DNA of 64,000 bases, from NCBI GenBank assembly GCA_002633005.1, contig NMRA01000397.1, positions 333,176 through 397,175 on the forward strand. Reading direction: 5' to 3'. The notes beneath the pieces were generated by a model that saw only the letters and a list, made by a program, of their open reading frames with translations, ran no database searches and was not told the DNA's origin. The stretch is from Phoronis australis (Eukaryota > Animalia > Phoronida). Position numbers and translations under genes: made by a program. Below are positions 37,581-49,989 of the stretch, piece by piece. How positions within the stretch are numbered: the stretch's first letter is position 1; each line of letters starts with the position of its first letter.

Positions 37581-38131
37581 TGTAGTAGTAGTAGTAGTAG
37601 TGGTAGTGGTAGTGGTAGTGGTAGTGGTACTGGTAGGGGTAGTGGTAGTGGTAGTGGTAGGGGTAGCAGCAGCGGCAGCGGCAGCGACAGCGGTAGTGGC
37701 AGTAGTAGTAGTGATAGTGGGATAGTGGTTAGGTAGTAATTGGTAGTAGTGTTAGTGGTAGTAACAGTAGTAGCAGTAGTAGCAGAACCAGTAGAAATAT
37801 TAGTAACGGTAGCTGCATAGCAGCGTATCTGCGTAGTAGCGTATCTGCGTAACAGCGTGGCTGCGTAGCAGCGTGACTGCGTACCAGCGTAGCTGCGTAG
37901 TAGCGTATCTGCGTAGTAGCGTAGCTGCATGGTATTGTAGCTGCGTGAAAGGGTATCTGTGCGGTAGTGTAGCTTCGTAGTAGTGTAGCTGCGTAGTAGT
38001 GTAGCTGCGTAGTAGCGTAGCTGCATGGTATTGTAGCTGCGTGAAAGGGTATCTGCGTGGTAGTGTAGCTGCGTAGTAGTGTATCTGCATGGTAGCGTAG
38101 CTGCGTAGTAGTGTATCTGCATAGTAGTGTA
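37581..38131. repeat. Microsatellite (GTA/GTAGTG)n followed by ~16-bp GCGTAGTAGTGTAGCT minisatellite
   Basis: Directly visible tandem units, with a higher-order duplication (gtgaaagggtatctg twice). Confidence 0.9.
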
Positions 38132-38134
38132 TGT

Positions 38135-40120
38135 GATAAATTAAAGACTTTTTCAATCAGCTTGTACTTAAATGATACATTAGGGAGATCGTTCATATTC
38201 ATGATGGCTCAACCAATTGCCAATCAAATTCTATTGGTCACTTGGATTTGACTCAAAATGCACCGCAGTGACCCGAAACGGGTCAAGGAGTGTTTCCGTC
38301 AAGTTCCTTCTTCTTCTACATGTTTTTAGACTCTCCGAATTTTGAAAACAAGCAGGCACCAGTGATCTGCAATAGAAATTTACTTGGAATTTAAATGGTA
38401 TCAAGGGAACCAAATTTCCGGGTCAAAGGTCATTAAGTGCAAAAGTGAATTTTGAGCTAGACCTTACATAATTACGTATATAGTTTTAATACAGTAATTC
38501 AGTCACAAACTTTGGGGTCATTAGGTGCAGTTTTCGTTGATTTTTTTTACTTTTCACTCATGCTCTTTCCTAGTTACCAATGACATCTCTCTCTCTTTCA
38601 CACAAAGGATGCAACTTCTATCCAATGCAACGCTCCTATACTTCACTATGCACGTGGATACACCACACGCAGAGTTGTAAGTGCGCATACGCAATTGCAT
38701 TCTAGTCCTTATTCTTAGTCTTCTTATTCTTCCTTCCTTTTCAAATTGTTATTAGTCTTACATCGATTTATTGGCAACAATCATATTCATTGTGATTGAT
38801 ACCACGATGAAGGGATTTTTATTAATTATATTTTGACCAAAAATGCACCCGAATGACCCGAAATGGATCATGGAGTGCATTCCATCAAAATACTTCTTCT
38901 TCTACGAGTTTTTAGATAGGCTCTTCAAAGTTTGTCAACAAGTACACCCTTAACAACTGCATCGGAAATTTACTAGGAATTCCAATCGGATCAAGGGAAC
39001 TGAGTTTCCGGGTAAAAGGTCATTAAGTGCAAAAGTGATTTTAGAGCTACACCTGTAATCATCACGAATGTGATTACCATTGATAAAGGAAGTTCAGTCA
39101 CAAACTTTGGGGTCACTAGGTGCAACTTTGGAGTCATTAAGTGCAGTTTTCTGTTTAATTTGAGACTTTCAATCAGCTTGTACATATTTAATTAATTAAA
39201 GAGAACAATGAAATTCAAGGTGGTTCAACCAATTGCCGATTAAATTCAATTGATCACATGGATTTGAGTCAAAATGCACCAGATTGACCCGAAATGTGTC
39301 AAGGAGTGCATTCCATCAAATTGCTTTTTCTTGGACAAGGTAGACTCTCCGAATTTTGATAACAATCAGGCAGTAGAGAAATGCATCTGAAATTTACGTG
39401 GAATTTAAATCGGATAAAGAGAACCGAGTTTCCGGGTCAAAAGTCGTTAAGTGCAAAACCGACTTTTGAGGTAGAACTTACATAATCACGTATATACATT
39501 TCATTCGTAAAGGAAATTCAGTCACAAACTTTGGGGTCATTAGGAGCAAGTGTGGAGTCATTTCGTGCAATTTTCCGTTGATATTCTTACTTTTCACTCT
39601 TGCTCTTTCATAGTTAACAGGGACATCGCTCTCTTTCACACAAAGGTTGCATCTTTTATGCAATGTAATGCGCCTATTCTCCACAATGCATGTACATACA
39701 CCACACGCAGAGTGGTAAGTGCGCATACGCAATTGTGTTCTAGTTACTCTGCGCGTGCAAGCGCAGAGTTTTACTGTTCTACGTATTTTATCTTCTTATT
39801 ACTCTGTGCGTTCAAGCGCAAATTTTAGTGTTCTACGTATTTTATCTTCTTATTTTTCTTTTTCTTCTTATTCTTCCTTCCTTTTCAGATTGTTATTACC
39901 CTTACATCGATTCAGTTACAACAATCATATTCACTGGGAGTGACTCAAAACGCACCGGAATGACCTGAAACGGGTCACGGAATGCATTCCATCAAAACGC
40001 TTCTTCTTCTGCAGGTTTTTAGATAGGAGGGTCAGTCACAAAGTTTTCGGTCATTAGGTGCAAACTTTAGGGTCGTTATGCAAATTCTGGGGTCATTAAG
40101 TACAATTTTCTAATGACCTA
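38135..40120. repeat. Tandemly duplicated, diverged copies of an interspersed repeat (possibly non-autonomous Helentron-like)
   Basis: Recurring blocks cagtcacaaactttggggtcattagg (~38500, 39095, 39520, 40033), ttccgggtcaaaggtcattaagtgcaaaa and caccacacgcagagt..gtgcgcatacgcaattg. Hairpin ctctgcgcgtgcaagcgcagag near 39748 is followed by (ttc/tta)-rich tails. Confidence 0.6.
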
Positions 40121-41659
40121 GCTTTTCCCACTTCATTATTTCATTGTACACCAGAGACCACTCTCTCTTTCCCACCAGTACCTAGGTAATGGAATACGCC
40201 TAGTAATCACAAGTACCCTAATTTTCCCTCGACGGCACCCCCATACAAAACTCATTCCTCAGTCAAACCTCATTATATTTGTGAATTCGCAGACGCAGTG
40301 AGTAGTAATAGTTATGAAGGTCTCTCTTAATCACTCGCCTACGTGGTGATTTTTCACTACAACGCCTGGTTTGTAACGCTTGTTCGCTTGGCTGGTAGCG
40401 GTTCTATTCCACAAGTCCTGGGCCAACTGAACCATGTTCAAATTGATTTGGTTACAGCAAACTTTGCTTACAACAAATGCTTTAGAAGGGTCCCTTCTGG
40501 GTTTATGAATGTTAACGAAGTTTGACTGTGCAAGTTTTAAGTTTTAAGAATGTTGCATCTTTTAAATATCCACTTTTCAGTTTGACTGCACTATGTAACT
40601 ATGACAATTCTTCTCTTTGCTTATAAATATTTTAAAATTGCGCTCTCACAACGTTGTATTACTTGTTAAAGAAGCAATTGTGCCTTGGACATGTACAATA
40701 ATATTTTGATTAGCATAATATTTTGAACGTCTGCATCCCTCTCATCTAGCTAGCAGTTTTTCAGCCTCATTTTTTGTGTTTCACTTCTTCCTGCAGTCTA
40801 CCGCTACATGTAGTTTTTCTCATTAAGCTATGGATCCTACATTAGATTCTAAGTAGGTAGTCGCACAAGGTATTGTTCTTCTGTTACAAAATAAATTTAG
40901 ATGGCGGTAGCAGTGTAGTACTAATCGTAAGAAACTAAGCAGTAACAACAGTCTTACTTAATACTACACACTTCTTATTTGTAATGTTGACCTGTTTCTG
41001 CCTTTGTTTTCTTTTTCTTTGTAATGTCCCCATCTCAAATCAATGGAACATAACACATTCTGACTTAAAGTGACAACAGCACGAACAGCTCACGACTGTA
41101 CACTTTATATTAAAAGCCAGGCATTTATTAGGCCAGGTAAACAAAAACGTGTGTAAATAATTTCCCATTGTTTTTAGCTGTGATGGGCCATTTATCTGGT
41201 GACTTATGATTTGTAAAATAAATCACCTAATTAAACATTCTTGTGCTGGCCAGTCACACAACATTGCGAATAAGAGATTCAAGGCATTTGCCTGACTTGT
41301 ACTTCATAACAGTTGCTTTTTAGATGCTGTGATCAAATACTCAGTACATATGACAATCTGTTTTCATTTAAAATAATTCCGACATGTGATCAAATTTTTA
41401 TAGCACCACACATAATCACTGTTTGACGTGAATTGATTGCAATATGTTTTGTCTTTCAGGTTGTCTTTAGGTGATTCACATTCCTGAAGTTGAAGCATTG
41501 CAGTTACAAGACTAAGACTAATAGCCGGGATAGAGACATACAGTGACTGTCACAACTGTCTGGGAAACTAACACCCAGACCAGTTAAGGGAGATTGCATC
41601 TCCACTGGAGCGAAGCAAGTGTCAAGGCACCAGCAACTGTGTGCACTTGTGCTTCGTTT

Positions 41660-42030
41660 GGCAGACGACGCGGGATTTTGGCCCCCACACCACCAAAATA
41701 GTTACCATTTGACAGACGACGTGGGATCTTGGCCCCCACACCATTTTGGTCGACACGTGGGATCTTGGCCCCCACACCATTTTGGCCGACACGTGGGATC
41801 TTGGCCCCACACCATTTTGGCCAATACGTGAGATCTTGGCCCCCACACCATTTTTGCCGACACGTGGGATCCTGGCCCCTACACCATTTTGGCCGGCGAC
41901 GTGGGATATTGGCCCCCACACCAGAACTATTACCAGAAACCTAATCTGTGACATATTGTTAACCCTACGAGCAGCATTTGGGCACCTGCAAGAGTTCGGC
42001 TAATTACGCAAGATCTTGGCCCCCGCACCA
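41660..42030. repeat. 36-bp GC-rich tandem repeat (~6-8 units) upstream of the Helentron ORF
   Basis: Unit gtgggatcttggcccccacaccattttggccgacac, head-to-tail with no unique spacers. Confidence 0.9.
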
Positions 42031-42557
42031 GTTTAATACCGGATTATCTGACGAGAGAATATTTGTATAGTTTACAAGCATATTCCATTACGAATTGAAG
42101 TTCACGAGCAAGCTGCACAGTCTAATTACAACAGCAATCCCCATGCAGTACAGCAATTTCCTGTAACAGTGCTTTACAAAAATAAATCCTGTTGACAAAG
42201 TCTTGTTCCTTCTGCTGTTAACAGAAGTGTTACATTTACATTCTGTAGCCCAAGTAGTGAATTGCAAGTTACGCACGTATTCAACAACTGTAGTATAGCA
42301 AGCCTGACACATTGTGGTGGAAAAAAATACAGTAACACTTCCCGGCTTTGCAAGATAAAGTATTCTGCTACTGTGGTATTGAAAAGGTCATAAATTGACT
42401 GTGATAGTATAAACTTGGTAACATCTTCCCTGGTCTTAGATGTAACGCACAATTATTCAACAGTTGTAGTGTTGGAAACCTGTTGTTCCTTGCATTGAAA
42501 AGACATAGCAATGCTTCACCAGCCTTGCTATTTGTGAGAGAACCTAAATAATAGAAA

Positions 42558-45500
42558 ATGCCAAGGAAAAGGAAACAATCTCGTTATGCGAAAGCTAAGT
42601 GGGAAAGCAAAAGGGTACGTTTACTACTGCTGATGAAATTCAAAACGACACCTTGGGCGAAAACAGTAACGGAAATAGCAATGCTGTTGGTTCAATTAAT
42701 AGTGTTTGTGCCTCTTATAATCAAAGTCGCAGTAAATACTCAATAACATCCAGAGGTTTTCAGTGTACATGTAATGCATTGGTGTTTCTTGCCCAACTTG
42801 GGCAGTGTAATGAGTGTAATACGGTTTGTGCAAGTGACCTAGATCCTACTCGATGCTGGTGACCAGTTGTATAACACCGTAAAACATGGTTTGTTCACTT
42901 GCAATGCCTTTTTAAACCCTAACTTGTTATTTACTGATCTGCCGCACGTGTTTTACGTCGATACGAATACTTAAAGATTGATCAAAGAACCATGCGTCCA
43001 TGGGCCGTTGAAATACAATGATGACTAGGCAATTGAACAATTACCAGATGTTGCTACAGCCTTGCAGTGCCTGCTGTTTGATACTAAACAGGTATTACTT
43101 ATGACTGGTGGCTATTGTATTGCTGTGTTTTGAAACGGTAGTGGAACATTTGGTTTCTTTGATTCACACTCCAGAACTAGAGATGGTTTATTAAGGGCAA
43201 ACGGTACAGCTGTACTTGTTTTGCTACCCACATTGGATTCTTTGATAACTAGATTGCATTTGCTTTGTGTGAGTTTACACCTGTCTCCGTCGACACAGTA
43301 TGAAATAATGCCTTTACAAATTATCAAGATTTCTTATCAAAGCTTCCAAATTGCTGAACAAGGAACTCTCTTCAGAACTACTGATATGAGTACTAAGTAC
43401 CAAACTAAAGGTACATAGTTGTCACATGCAAGGAAACTACAACGGCAAAGGTTAAAATATCAACAAGACCAACAGTATCGATTATGAAAAAACAGAACTC
43501 TTTAGAGGCTTATGCCAGGAAAACTGTTTGTGAACGGAAAAAACAAGCTTTGAAAAACCGATCTGCTTGTGATGACAAGTTTAAAGAAAGGAAAAGGAAG
43601 CAGTAACTGTCAAGTATACTTGTGATGAAAAGTTTAAAGAGAAACAAAAAGCGGGCAACAACTGTTAGATATGCAGGCGATGAAAAGTTTAAGGAAAAGA
43701 AAAAGAGAGCAATGACTGTTAGATATGCATGTGATCAAAAGTTTACGGAAAGGCAGAAGTGAGCGGTAACTGTGAGGTATGCATCTGATGAAAATTTTAA
43801 GGAAAAGCAGAAGAGATCAACAACTGTTAGACATGCATCTGATGAAAAGTTTAAGGAAAAGAAGAAGAGAGCAGTCACTGTTAGATATGCAAGTGATCAA
43901 AAGTTTAAGGAAAAGGAGAAGAGAGCAATCACTGTTAGATATGCGTCTGATGAAAAGTTTAAGGAAAAGAAAAAGAGAGCAGTAACTGTTAGATATGCTT
44001 GTGATGAAGAGTTCAAAGAAAAACAGAAGAGATCATTTAATGTTCGGTATGCTATGCCAGTGACATGCTGTTTAGAGAAAAATGAGATTTTGTACAGAAA
44101 TACAGAAGTAACCAACATTTCAGACAGTTGCATCTTAAACATTGTTCTAGAAGAATAATTAGAAAGTACAGGGACATGGATTCGTTTAGATCATCCGTGA
44201 GACGCAGAAGTCGCTTTCAGCACAAGAAGCAAAAACATGATCTCCGAATGGAGGTAGCTATACAAAACTTCAGGGCAAATATTAAGGGTGGACCACCATT
44301 TGCATGTACGGTTTGCCATAGAGCACTGTTTCAAAACCAGGTAAAGGAATGTCACGGCAATACGTATCACAACTCAGTTAGACACTTATGTACAGACAAA
44401 TACGTGCATGCTTGCAATCAAGACTGTTTACAGCCATGTCTTCAAGTACAGTTAAGTAGACAAAAAGAATGGATACGTCCTACTTGTCATGCAACCATGA
44501 AGAGGAGACAAATGCCTTCACTGTTTGTGAAAAACAAACTTGAGTTAGATAGCATTCCACCAAACCTGAGTGAGTTAAATGTACTTGAAAGGCATGTGAT
44601 TGAAAAGTTTATTCGGTTGCAAAAATTGTGAATTTACAAAAAGGCGGCCAGAAGTAAGTACGTGGTCCTGTAATATGTGTTCCGTCTCAAGTTGCAAAAC
44701 TTGCATAACGTTTGCCTATACTTCGTAATGAGTCACAGTTTATTAAAGTGAAGTTAAAGCGTATGTTGTGCTTCAAGAACTATCTCCTGTATCAGACTGT
44801 AAATCCATCTAAGGTAATCGCTGCATTAAAGACTCTGACAGAATGTCATCCCCAGTATGAGGATGTAGATATTACGAACATTGCAAGTACAAGTGGTGAA
44901 CATAGCTTTGACAGTGATTTAACAGGTAACAATAACAAGGATAACCAGAATGATTTGGCTGACTTGAATAATTCAACCTCCCTTCAGGAACCAGTTGTAG
45001 AAAACGTACAGCACACTGAATGTCAGGAAAAGGTGAATGAACAGTGTGGTGGAGGTTTAACATCAGATACTTGCTTGCAACCTGTTGACATTGGTCAAGA
45101 AATTATGTCATATGAAGATGGTGTGTTTTGCATTGCTCCGGCACAAGGAAATAGACCAGTCAGCTGTTTCAAAGTACCTAAGATTGAGGCAATGGCATTT
45201 CCAGTGCAATTCCCAGACGGAAGAAATACATTTGATGAATCAGACAGACCAGTAAAGTTGTCACCCTCTAGATACTTTAATGCACGTTTGTTCAGCATGG
45301 ATGGACGGTTTGCTTCTGATACGAACTACATATTCTTTGCCCAGTTTACAACAGAACTGCATAGAGCAAACAGTTCTATCTCAATCCAGTTACGTAAAAG
45401 TAAACCAAATACTGCTGGTGGTCAGGAAATCAACAGTTCCATACTGAGAAACAGGGACACTGTTAGGGAAATTATAAATAACAGTGAATGTGTTCGATTT

Positions 45501-48500
45501 ATGCAACCATTGAGAGGAACGCCTGCTTACTGTGGAAGAACATTGCGGGATTTATTCAGTATGTTGCGACAATTGGGTATACCAACCTTTTTGTGACACT
45601 GAGTGCTAATGAGATGAATTGGCGTCAAATGATTGATGTTATAATGGCTCAAAGAGGAGAGGGTGTGAACTTTGAGGACTTAGACTGGGCACAGAAATGG
45701 AACGTCTTGAACAGTAATCCAGTAACTGTCATGCGAATGTTTGAGCAACGCATGAATGCTGTTGTAAGAGACTTCATCATGTCACCAGCTCACCCAATTG
45801 GTAAAGTTATTGATCATTTCTACAGAATTGAATACCAAGCCAGAGGCTCAGCCCATTGTCATTGCCTGTTCTGGGTTGAAAATGCTCCTGTGTTAGACAA
45901 GGATTCAGACGAGAAAGTTTGCCAATTTATTGACAAGTACATTTCATGCCAACTTCCAAGTGAATACGAAGACGGTGAATTGTACGAACATGTGTCAAGA
46001 GTACAGATGCACAGTAAAAACCATTCAAAATCATGTCGAAAAGGAAATAAAAAGTGTAGATTTGGATTTCCAAAACCACCCGTGAAGTGTACCCAGATAA
46101 TACGACCTCCCACTTTTACTGAGGATGATGCTACTTCTAAACACAAAGAAGTTAAAGAAACAAAGGAAAAGTTGAAAGTTGTATCAGAATTTGACAGTGT
46201 GACACAATTGCTGGATCAGGCAAACTTGACATACGAACAATACCTTGCAGCTATGGCAACAGTTGCAAATTCACCTACTGTAACCATGAAACAGTAGACC
46301 TGCAGATGCGTGGGTGAATGGTTATAATAAGCACTTGTTGACAGCCTGGGATGGGAATATAGATATTCAGTTCATTGTCTCGGCATACAGCTGTGTATTT
46401 TATATCGTCACCTGCATTTCCAAAGCAGAACGAGAAATGAGTTACTTTCTTAAATCTATTGTTGAGGAAGCTAGGGAAAGCAATGTGAGTGACAAGAGTA
46501 GCATGAAAATGGTAATGCAAGAGTATTGCAAAAAAGAAGTCAGTGTGCAGGAGGCAGTTGCTAGAACATGTAGTATGAAACTCATGTCATCTACACGTGA
46601 CGTTGTGTTTATCCCAACGGATGACAATAGTATTCGCTTAAGTTTACATCGATATATCCTGGCAACAAAAAGTGACGAAAGCACTGATGTATGTCTGAAG
46701 AATCTTGTTGACAAATACAAAGCTAGACCTAGGAACGATGAATTCAATAACATGTGCATGGCTTAATTTGCATCGGAATATCGTGTAATTTATTGTGTCC
46801 ATATATCACGTAGCAAAACAGCAACTCAGTTGCAGAGCAATCTTGGTTTTATTCAAAAGAGAACAAGAGGGAAGCCAGCAGTGATACGTTATGCTAAGTT
46901 TTCGCAGTTGAGAGACCCTGAACGGTATTATGGAACACTTCTGAAAGTTTATGTTCCTTACAAATCTGACAAGCAGTTCAAAACTCACCGGTACAAAACG
47001 TACGAAGACTTCTACATGTGCGCGTCTCTTAAACTAAGTGGCTTTACTTTACTGATGCTTATATCAGAAATCGTGCAAAAGAACAGATTACGCTTTGAAA
47101 AATACCAAGAAGTCATCGACTCAGCAATCCACATGTATGAGACGGTTCGTCCTCCTACAGATACATGGGCAGAACTGGCATCAAATGTTGAAAACGAACG
47201 TTCAGACTGTGAACTGGAATGTTTTGAATGTGACACAGATGAATTTCATGAAGTTCCAGACTTTACAAGTAACCAACAAAGTACAGAGGTTCCTCTCATA
47301 CAACCACCACCTGTTCGCACTGTTGATATGTACGAGAAGTTCAAGTCTATGAATAGAGAGCAAGCTTGTGTTTTTTACTGTGTAAGGCACTGGTGTAAAG
47401 AACGTGTAGAAAATGAAAATTGTGAACCTTGCTACCTGTTTGTTACTGGAGGTGCTGGCACAGGCAATCTCATGTCATAGACTGCATTTATGCAGAAGCT
47501 ATAAAAATCTTGTCTGAGATGCCACGTACTAGAACACAGACTGATATCTCTAAGCCATTTGCGTTACTAACATCTTTCACTGGAGTTGCAGCAATGAATA
47601 TTTCTGGTAGGATATTACACAGTGTTTTCAAGTTGCCCAGAAGTTTAAAGCCACCTTACCAGTCTCTTGGTTCTGAACTTGATGAAATGAGGTGTTACAT
47701 GTCTAACGTACAACTCCTAATTATTGACGAAATATCAATGGTTTCGAAAGAAACGTTGGCTTACGTGGACTTTAGATTACAGCGTATCAAAAGAGTGCAC
47801 AAGCCATTTGGAAAGATTTCTGTACTTGTTGTAGGTGACTTTTATCAGTTACCTCCTGTACGGAAATCTAAATCACTGTGCGTGCAAGAGAACTGGTGAT
47901 CTATGGGAGAACTTTAAACTTGCTGAACTGATTCAAGAAATGAGGCAGAAAGAGGACACCCACTTTGCTCATAGGTTGAACAGGTTGAAATTCAAAGCTA
48001 AAACTGAAAGCCTTCTTGACAGTGACAAAGCAATGTTAGAGTCTGTAACAAAGCAGTTGGAAGAATGTCCAGATGATGTAATCCATATTTTTCCAACAAA
48101 TAAGAAGTGTTTAGAACACATCACAAACATGTTACTTAAAAAATTCCAAATTCTTTTAATACAGTTGAAGCAAATTATTACAGACGGGATTCTAAATCGT
48201 GTCAGATGAAAAACCAGGCTTTACCAGAGTCTGATGAAAGCAATGTATTAACAGATATTATACTGATTGCAGCTGGAGCTTGCATCATGTTGACCAGAAA
48301 CATCGATGTACAAGATGGTCTTGTGAATGGTGCATTTGGAACAGTAAAAAGCTTTGTAACTGTGAATCGTGCTGAGCAGCAAGTTATTGATATGATCGGT
48401 TTGATCTTAAATAACGACAAAGCAGGATTGAAGTACCGTAACAAAGTGCCAGGTGCCCCTGATAATGTCACGTTTGTGAACAGAATGGAAAAATTGATCA

Positions 48501-49460
48501 GCAAAAACCATATTGTGAGAAGGCAATTCCATCTAAAGCTTGCGTACGCATGTACGGTACATAAAGTGCAAGGTATGACTTTAAAGGATGCAGTTGTATC
48601 ATTGGGGAATTTTTTTGCACCAGGTCAAGCATACGTGGCTTTTAGCAGAAGTACTTCGTTGACTGGATTGCATATTGTTGATTTTACAGAAAATAAGATA
48701 CATTGTGATACCGAGATTACATCGGCACTGGAATCTATGCAGAAACAGTCTTTTGAAACTTTCATGCCACTGACTCATACCAGTATATCAGGTATGAAAA
48801 TTGTTCACCATAACACTCAAGGTCTTGCCTGGCACATGGACGACTTGAAGTGCCACCATGAAATGCAACTTGCAGATGTCATATGTTTGACTGAGACCCA
48901 CGTCAAAACTACTGAGAGAACAGGACTGTTTCAGCTGACTGGTTATAACACTTATCATAAACTGCGTACTGCTTGCTACGAGTCCAACCAGATAGGTAGC
49001 ATGGCAGGTGGTGGTATTGCTGTATATGTCAGGAATACTTACAATGTAACAGAAACAAGAACGTTAACTGCAGTATATGATCTTGAGTACTTGATTGTTC
49101 AATTTCACTGCCCTCAGTCACTTGTAATAGTCACTGTATATCGACCACCTGTGTTCTCTGTTCCAGAATTCCTGTGTAATACGAAAAACTCTTTTGATAC
49201 TGTAAGACATCTGACTCAGGGACCTGTTGTTGTTTGTGGCGCCTTGAACGAGGACCAACTAAACAGAGCCAACAGACCTATTCTGAACCTGTTTACAGAC
49301 TATGGATATGAGCAAGTAATCTGCGGACCAACAACAGACTCTGGAACCTTATTAGATGTATATGTTCATCTGTCTAAGTGACATTGTTAACAGGGCAGGT
49401 GTATTGCGAACATATCACAGCTACCATGACCCAGTTTATTGCACCTTGAAATTGTAATTA
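42558..49460 (+). mobile_element. Helentron (Helitron2-type) RepHel pseudogene: cysteine protease, zinc finger, HUH Rep, Pif1 helicase and AP endonuclease
   Basis: SYNQS..GFQCTCNAL and FGFFDSHSR (protease); CTVCHRALF; RIEYQARGSAHCHCLFW (HUH); [47 protein letters not shown] (Pif1); HHNTQGL, CLTETH, VYRPP, SYHDPVYC (EEP). Many frameshifts. Confidence 0.92.
43540..44050 (+). repeat. 54-bp (18-aa) coding tandem repeat within the Helentron ORF
   Basis: TVRYASDEKFKEKKKRAV-type unit repeated ~9 times; period 54 bp (43772, 43826, ...). Confidence 0.85.
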
Positions 49461-49989
49461 ACTTAATTAAATTGTGAAACCAAACATGTATTATGTATGT
49501 CTACCAAAACCATAATTTTTCACATGTACTTAGAACTTAGAACAAGACTGTGTTTTTACCTGTTGCCTTATCAAGTTTACTCAACCTGTTTAACTGCCAG
49601 TATGTACTTTGATAACAAGTTATTTTTGGAAAATCTCTGTTTTGTAGTATTAATAATCTTGCATTTATAAATCATCACTGTGTTTCATAAATTCCAAAAC
49701 ACAGTTTCTTTGATAATTTGCAATCCTACACATAGAACACAGGCTTTAAATGCGAATCTGTTCCCTCTGTCTAAATGAAATTTGTATTAGATAAATTTAG
49801 TTTTTCTAATGTATTCAAAATGGTTAAATTGTAACATGTGGCTTGGATACATGTTTAACTCCCTCTCGTTAAAAGTTATGTCTGCTCAACCATGTTGTTT
49901 CTTTTTTGACCCGACCTGATCACTAATGTGCTGTTGATTATACTACTTCTGTGGTTCACGATCCAGTCAGTGACTTAGCTAAGTTTGCA

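Noticed and set aside
37526-38202. ORFs of 118-198 aa
   Set aside because: They are translations of micro- and minisatellite sequence.
41660-42030. CRISPR array
   Set aside because: The 36-bp units are head-to-tail without unique spacers, there are no cas genes, and the context is eukaryotic.
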